Positions 59,680 to 64,000 of a stretch of DNA of 64,000 nt are shown piece after piece. The number at the start of each line of letters is the position of its first letter. The stretch's first letter is position 1. Made by a program: the position numbers and the translations under genes. The notes beneath the pieces are model-generated. The model saw nothing but the letters and a program-made list of their open reading frames with translations, made no database searches and had not been told where the DNA came from. Source of the stretch: an uncultured delta proteobacterium. Lineage in GTDB: Bacteria > Myxococcota_A > Polyangia > Fen-1088. The stretch covers positions 736,001-800,000 of the forward strand of contig CAVYGB010000010.1 in the NCBI GenBank assembly GCA_963767925.1, given 5' to 3'.

Positions 59680-59843
59680 TTGATTCGTCTAACGCTTCCA
59701 CGCGGACAGCACAAGTCTCCTCTGCGAAACGCAGAGCGAAACGCGCGCGCGTGTAACCGGGCCTCCCACCGGGTGGCAGGGGCAGGCGCGGCATGCGGGT
59801 GCGCTGGTTGTAAGGGTCACAGCCGGCAGCTAGATTTGAATGC

Positions 59844-60230
59844 ATGGCGGAGTCGAATGGGGAGAAGGGGAAACCGGCGCAGGCCACCGGGACCGAACGG
59901 CGGGCCAGCGCGCGGATGCCGGTGGAGATGTGGGTCGAGGACCTCACCGACGGCGGTGTCGTCTATCGCCGTGCGGGAAATCTCTCGCGGGGGGGGCTCT
60001 ACCTGGATCAGACGATCCCGCTGCCCATCGGCAGCAAGATCCGGCTGCGGTTTTCGCTGCCCGACGACAGCGTGCCGATCAGCGTCTCGGCCCAGATCGT
60101 GTCGATCAACTCGCGCGAGCGGCTCGGCATGGGGGTGAAGTTCCTCGACCTCGAGCGGTCGGTGCAGGACCGCATCGGCAGCTTCATCGAGCGGCTCAGC
60201 ACCCCGCCGATGGGGCTGTCGACCGGGTAG
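59844..60230 (+). CDS. single-domain PilZ protein
   Basis: ERRASAR, NLSRGGLY, LRFSLP and GMGVKF motifs. Confidence 0.92.
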   Translation: MAESNGEKGKPAQATGTERRASARMPVEMWVEDLTDGGVVYRRAGNLSRGGLYLDQTIPLPIGSKIRLRFSLPDDSVPISVSAQIVSINSRERLGMGVKFLDLERSVQDRIGSFIERLSTPPMGLSTG

Positions 60231-60236
60231 GGCTCT

Positions 60237-61268
60237 TCAGCGCTCGGTGGCGGCGGGACCGAGCCGCAGGTGGCCCCGGATGAAGGACGACCCGCCGCGC
60301 TCGTCGCGCACGACGACGAACAGGTAGGCCGGGCGGCGCTCGCCCGGGGGGAGCTCGGCGGGGGCGGCGTAGGTCGATTCGATCTCGACGACGGGAGCGT
60401 TGCGCAGCGGCGAGGGGAAGGTCGACAAGCCGCCCGGTGAGAAGCCGCCGGAGGTGGCGTAAAAGCTGTAGCGCAGCGTCTCCGCGGGGATCTCCTCGAC
60501 GACGAAGCGGCGCTCGTCGCGGGAGAAGGCCCGGGCCAGGTAGGGCTCGGCCTCCCCCGGTGCGGGGACGACCTGCAGGCTGGCGCCGGCGGCCACGCTG
60601 GGCGGCGCGGCGGCCTCGAGCTGGGTCAGCGGCTCGCCGCGTCCGGCGCGGACCGACAGGTGCGGGATCCGAGGGTTGCGGTTGGGGAGCTGCCCGGGCG
60701 CCAGGCGGGGCGAAAACAGCACCCGCTTGACCGCCACCACCTGCTCGGCCCCCGCCCGGAAGGTGAAGGAGAGCGTGATCGGCAGGCCGAGCTCGAGGCT
60801 GAGCGGGTCGGCCATCACCGCCTGGATCAGCAGCTCCGGCCTGGGCTGGAAGGTGACGGCGATCGGCGCGCTCCCGTCTTCGCCCGGCACCACCTCGCCC
60901 TCCGCGATCGCCAGGGCGCCCTCCGGGCAGGGGGCCTGCGAGATGGTGTCGTTGACCCGCCCGGGCCCGTTGTCCGCCCCGCGATCGCCGTCCTCGGGGC
61001 GGTTGCCGCAGGCCTGCACCCGGAAGGCCACCGGCCGCCCACCGCCGCGCGGATCGATCACCAGCGGCGTGATCTGCACGCTCGGGAGCTGGGCCAGCAG
61101 GGCCGGGTTGTCCGTCACCGCCGGCAGATCGATCAGGATCTCGGGCGGCTCGGCCTGGATGGCCAGCAGGCGCAGATCCTTGACCAGCGTCGAGTCCTCG
61201 AACTCGGGGGTGCAGGCCCCCGCCAGGGCCAGCAAGGCCACCGCCGCCCCCCGCGACCGGCGGGCCAT
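60237..61268 (-). CDS. lipoprotein partner of the TonB-dependent receptor
   Basis: Lipobox LAGAC, DLRLLAIQAEPPE, NRNP, VVRDERGG; TGATG coupling to the receptor stop. Confidence 0.85.
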   Translation of the reverse strand: MARRSRGAAVALLALAGACTPEFEDSTLVKDLRLLAIQAEPPEILIDLPAVTDNPALLAQLPSVQITPLVIDPRGGGRPVAFRVQACGNRPEDGDRGADNGPGRVNDTISQAPCPEGALAIAEGEVVPGEDGSAPIAVTFQPRPELLIQAVMADPLSLELGLPITLSFTFRAGAEQVVAVKRVLFSPRLAPGQLPNRNPRIPHLSVRAGRGEPLTQLEAAAPPSVAAGASLQVVPAPGEAEPYLARAFSRDERRFVVEEIPAETLRYSFYATSGGFSPGGLSTFPSPLRNAPVVEIESTYAAPAELPPGERRPAYLFVVVRDERGGSSFIRGHLRLGPAATER

Positions 61269-63937
61269 CAGAAGCGCCCCCGCACGCCGAGCACCGGCAA
61301 GATGGGCAAACCCCGCACGGGGGCGCTCTCCCGGTAGCGGTAGTCATACAGCGTCGCCTCGGGGTTCTCGGCGTTGTAGACGTTCTGGACGTCGAGATAA
61401 ACCGAGAGCCGCCAGCTATCGAAGGTGAAGGTCCGCTCGGCGCGCAGGTCGAGCTGGTGGAAGGTCTGCCGGCGGATGCCGTTGGGGACGCCGCTCACCG
61501 GATCCCAGTCGCCGTAGTCGACGTCGAGGAAGGCGCCCAGCACCTCGGTCTCGGGCACGCCCGTCACCAGGCGGAAGCGGGCCCCCAGCTCCCAGGCGGC
61601 GCCGAGCTGGCGACTCGCCACCACGACGAGGTTGTGGGTCTGGTCGAACTCGGTGGGGCGGTAGGTGGTGGCGGGGGGCGTCCCCTCGCCGCCCCAGAGG
61701 CGGCGGTCCTCGGAGCGCGACAGGCTGTAGGCGATCCAGCCGTAGAAGTTGCGGGTGGGCCGGTGGCGCAGCAGCACCTCCAGGCCGTAGCCCCGGGTGC
61801 GGCCGTGGGGGGCGTAGCGCTCGACGCCGCCGTCGGGGCCGGGGCGGCTGGAGCCGACCGCCACCTGGTGGCGCCGCAGGTAATAGAGGGTGGCGTCGAG
61901 GGTGAGGGCGGCGCTGATCCCCTGCTCGAGCCCCAGGTGGTATTGCTCGGCCCAGATCAGCGGCAGGCGCGGGTTGCCGAACTGGCTGTCGAGCTGCACC
62001 GGGGTGGGCGGCTGATGGAACATGCCGGCGCCCCCCTTCCAGGTGGTGGTCGGCGAGGGGGACCAGCGCAGCACCACCCGGGGATCGAACGAGGTCTTGT
62101 CGGTGGCGCTGTAGTGGAACCAGTCGAAGCGCACCCCCGGGACGATCCGCACGCCCGGCACCACGTCCCACAAGCCCTCCAGGTAGGCGGCGGTGCCGAG
62201 GTTGGTGAGGGTGCGGGCGATGTTGACGATGGGGCGCATGGTGCGCCCGTAGGTGCGGCGCTCGGGCGGGACCGGCACGTTGAAGTCGATGCCGTCGAAG
62301 CGCAGCTCGGCGTCGAGACCCATCGCCAGGGTGAAGGCGGACCCCAGCGGTCGGGTCAGATCCTCGCGCAGGCCGAAGACGTGGGCCGAGCCCCGCGCCG
62401 CCACCTGCCCGGCCCGGAAGTGGACGGCGTCGAAGCCGTACGAGGGCGACAGGCGCGAGGTCCAGCCGCCGAGGGGCCGGCTCCAGGTGGCCAGCAAGCG
62501 GTGAAAGCCGATGCTGGTGCCGAGGTCGAGGTCGCCCGCGTCGTCCGAGCGGGTCACCACGTCGAGCGTGTCGCTGGAGCCGAAGGCGAAGAGGGAGACC
62601 CGCTCGCCCCCGCCAAGCTCGCGCGACAGGCGGGCCTGGTAGTCCCAGTACACCGGCGCGGCCACCACCTCGTTTTCGGGCAGCACCGCCGGCAGCAAGG
62701 TGTCGATGTACGAGCGGCGGGCGGCCAGCGACCCGGTCCAGCCGCGGCCCACCGGCCCCTCCAGGCTGAGGCCGGCGTCGAGCAGGTCCACGTCGGCGGA
62801 GCCGTGCCACCGCTGATGGCCGCGGGTGCGGGTGGAGACGTCGACGACGCCGGCGGTGGCGCGGCCGTAGCGCACCCCGAAGCCGCCCGGGTAAAAATCG
62901 ATGCGCTCGATGAGATCCGGGGTGAGGATCGAGGGCCCCACCGCGAAGTGGTAGAGCAGCGGCACCCGGTGCCCGTCGATGTACACGCCGCTGTCCTGGG
63001 GGGAGGCGCCCCGGATGAGCAGCAGGCCGAGGCCGTAGGGGGAGCGGGCCACCCCGGGCAGGCTCTGGATCACGCGCAGCGGATCGCCCATCGTGCCTGG
63101 CACGCTGGTCAGCTCGGGCTGCGAGAGCGAGTGGCGGGTCACCTCCTCGCCGCGGCGGGGGGCCTCGACAACCGTCTCGTAGCTGGCCTGGCGGCGGGCC
63201 ACCAGGCAGGTGAGGTCGAGGGCCAGGGCCTCGGCGGCCGGCAGGGTGAGATCCTGGATGCAGGGCTCGTGCTCGCCGCTCGTCACCACCAGGCGGACCC
63301 GCTCGCCGGGCAGGCCCGGCACGACGAAGCGGCCCTCGGCGTCGGTGGCCTCGATCCGCTCGGGCGGGGCCTCGCTGCCGCGCTCGATGAACACCTCGGC
63401 GTCGGCGATGGGGTCGCGGGTGCCGCGCTCCCGGATCCGGCCGCGGGCCAGCCGCTCGTGGAAACGCCGGGGATCGGGCGGCGGGCCGGCGGCATCGGCG
63501 CCCGCGGCGTCGGCGCCTCCGTCGGGTGGCGCCGGCGGGGGTGGACGAAACCGCATGACATATTCGACCCGGATGGCGCCGGGCAGCCCGTCGATCTCGG
63601 CCGGCTCGAAGGTCATCGCGCGGGCGGCCGCCGTCGCCGCCTCGTCGAAGCCCTGGCCGGCGGGACCGGTGAGCACCACCGCCGTCACCCGCCCACCGGC
63701 GTCGAGGTCGAGCCGCAGGGTCACGTCGGCCGAGACGCCGGCGGCGAGGGCGGCGGGTGGATAGAGCGGCCGGGGCGGCGTCGCGAGGCGGGGGGGTCGG
63801 GTCAGCCGCGGCCCCGCGCCGCCGTCGGGGGCGCCCGCGTCGGTTGCCCCCACGGCCTCGGCCCGCGCGGTCGGCGCAAGCAAAAAAACCAGCAAGCCGG
63901 CCAGCCGGGCGTATGAACCACCAGCAACCACGGGCAC
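61268..63937 (-). CDS. TonB-dependent receptor with N-terminal TonB-C domain
   Basis: YPPAA...GFDEAA..AA...FEPA, plug motifs GDPLRVIQSLPGV and YPGGFGVRYGR, barrel ending LPILPVLGVRGRF. Confidence 0.93.
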   Translation of the reverse strand: MPVVAGGSYARLAGLLVFLLAPTARAEAVGATDAGAPDGGAGPRLTRPPRLATPPRPLYPPAALAAGVSADVTLRLDLDAGGRVTAVVLTGPAGQGFDEAATAAARAMTFEPAEIDGLPGAIRVEYVMRFRPPPPAPPDGGADAAGADAAGPPPDPRRFHERLARGRIRERGTRDPIADAEVFIERGSEAPPERIEATDAEGRFVVPGLPGERVRLVVTSGEHEPCIQDLTLPAAEALALDLTCLVARRQASYETVVEAPRRGEEVTRHSLSQPELTSVPGTMGDPLRVIQSLPGVARSPYGLGLLLIRGASPQDSGVYIDGHRVPLLYHFAVGPSILTPDLIERIDFYPGGFGVRYGRATAGVVDVSTRTRGHQRWHGSADVDLLDAGLSLEGPVGRGWTGSLAARRSYIDTLLPAVLPENEVVAAPVYWDYQARLSRELGGGERVSLFAFGSSDTLDVVTRSDDAGDLDLGTSIGFHRLLATWSRPLGGWTSRLSPSYGFDAVHFRAGQVAARGSAHVFGLREDLTRPLGSAFTLAMGLDAELRFDGIDFNVPVPPERRTYGRTMRPIVNIARTLTNLGTAAYLEGLWDVVPGVRIVPGVRFDWFHYSATDKTSFDPRVVLRWSPSPTTTWKGGAGMFHQPPTPVQLDSQFGNPRLPLIWAEQYHLGLEQGISAALTLDATLYYLRRHQVAVGSSRPGPDGGVERYAPHGRTRGYGLEVLLRHRPTRNFYGWIAYSLSRSEDRRLWGGEGTPPATTYRPTEFDQTHNLVVVASRQLGAAWELGARFRLVTGVPETEVLGAFLDVDYGDWDPVSGVPNGIRRQTFHQLDLRAERTFTFDSWRLSVYLDVQNVYNAENPEATLYDYRYRESAPVRGLPILPVLGVRGRF

Positions 63938-64000
63938 CGCGGCGAGAGTTTGGCGGCTGAAGGCTCTGGCGGCAAGAAGCGCCGTGCAGGCGTTATAGTG

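Noticed and set aside
59715..59755. Riboswitch upstream of the PilZ gene (CTCTGCG-AAA-CGCAGAG hairpin)
   Set aside because: Only one short hairpin; the c-di-GMP riboswitch consensus elements are not evident.

Overview
Very high-GC bacterial chromosomal DNA with a Myxococcota (probably Polyangia-like) gene repertoire: PilZ proteins, an FHA-sigma54 activator, a Hanks kinase, a TonB_C-fused TonB-dependent receptor and many Pro-rich, Cys-rich lipoproteins. This lineage call is an inference. Housekeeping genes (rsmG, two RluA-family synthases, a stand-alone rplC, tatB/tatC, recQ, nfo, amt, cysD/cysNC) are interleaved with accessory envelope genes. The best candidate for an undescribed system is a largely translationally coupled minus-strand cluster at about 42.2-51.2 kb. 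In transcription order it reads: sigma54 promoter with tandem enhancer-like repeats, YVTN propeller, FHA-sigma54 activator, diheme CcP/MauG-family lipoprotein, outer-membrane barrel, type-1 copper protein, and a two-TM receptor Ser/Thr kinase. Other notable items: a modular intergenic minisatellite (6615-6848), a hyper-acidic lipoprotein with a Lys-free mature region, a 26-bp perfect inverted-repeat element, a lysyl-oxidase lipoprotein with the copper and LTQ motifs intact, an exported Ppx/GppA-like lipoprotein, a MarR-AraC fusion and several chimeric gene remnants. Repeated single-base losses in G/C runs suggest sequencing error in parts of the window. No rRNA, tRNA, CRISPR array or transposase was recognised. 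All calls come from reading motifs by eye; no searches were run.
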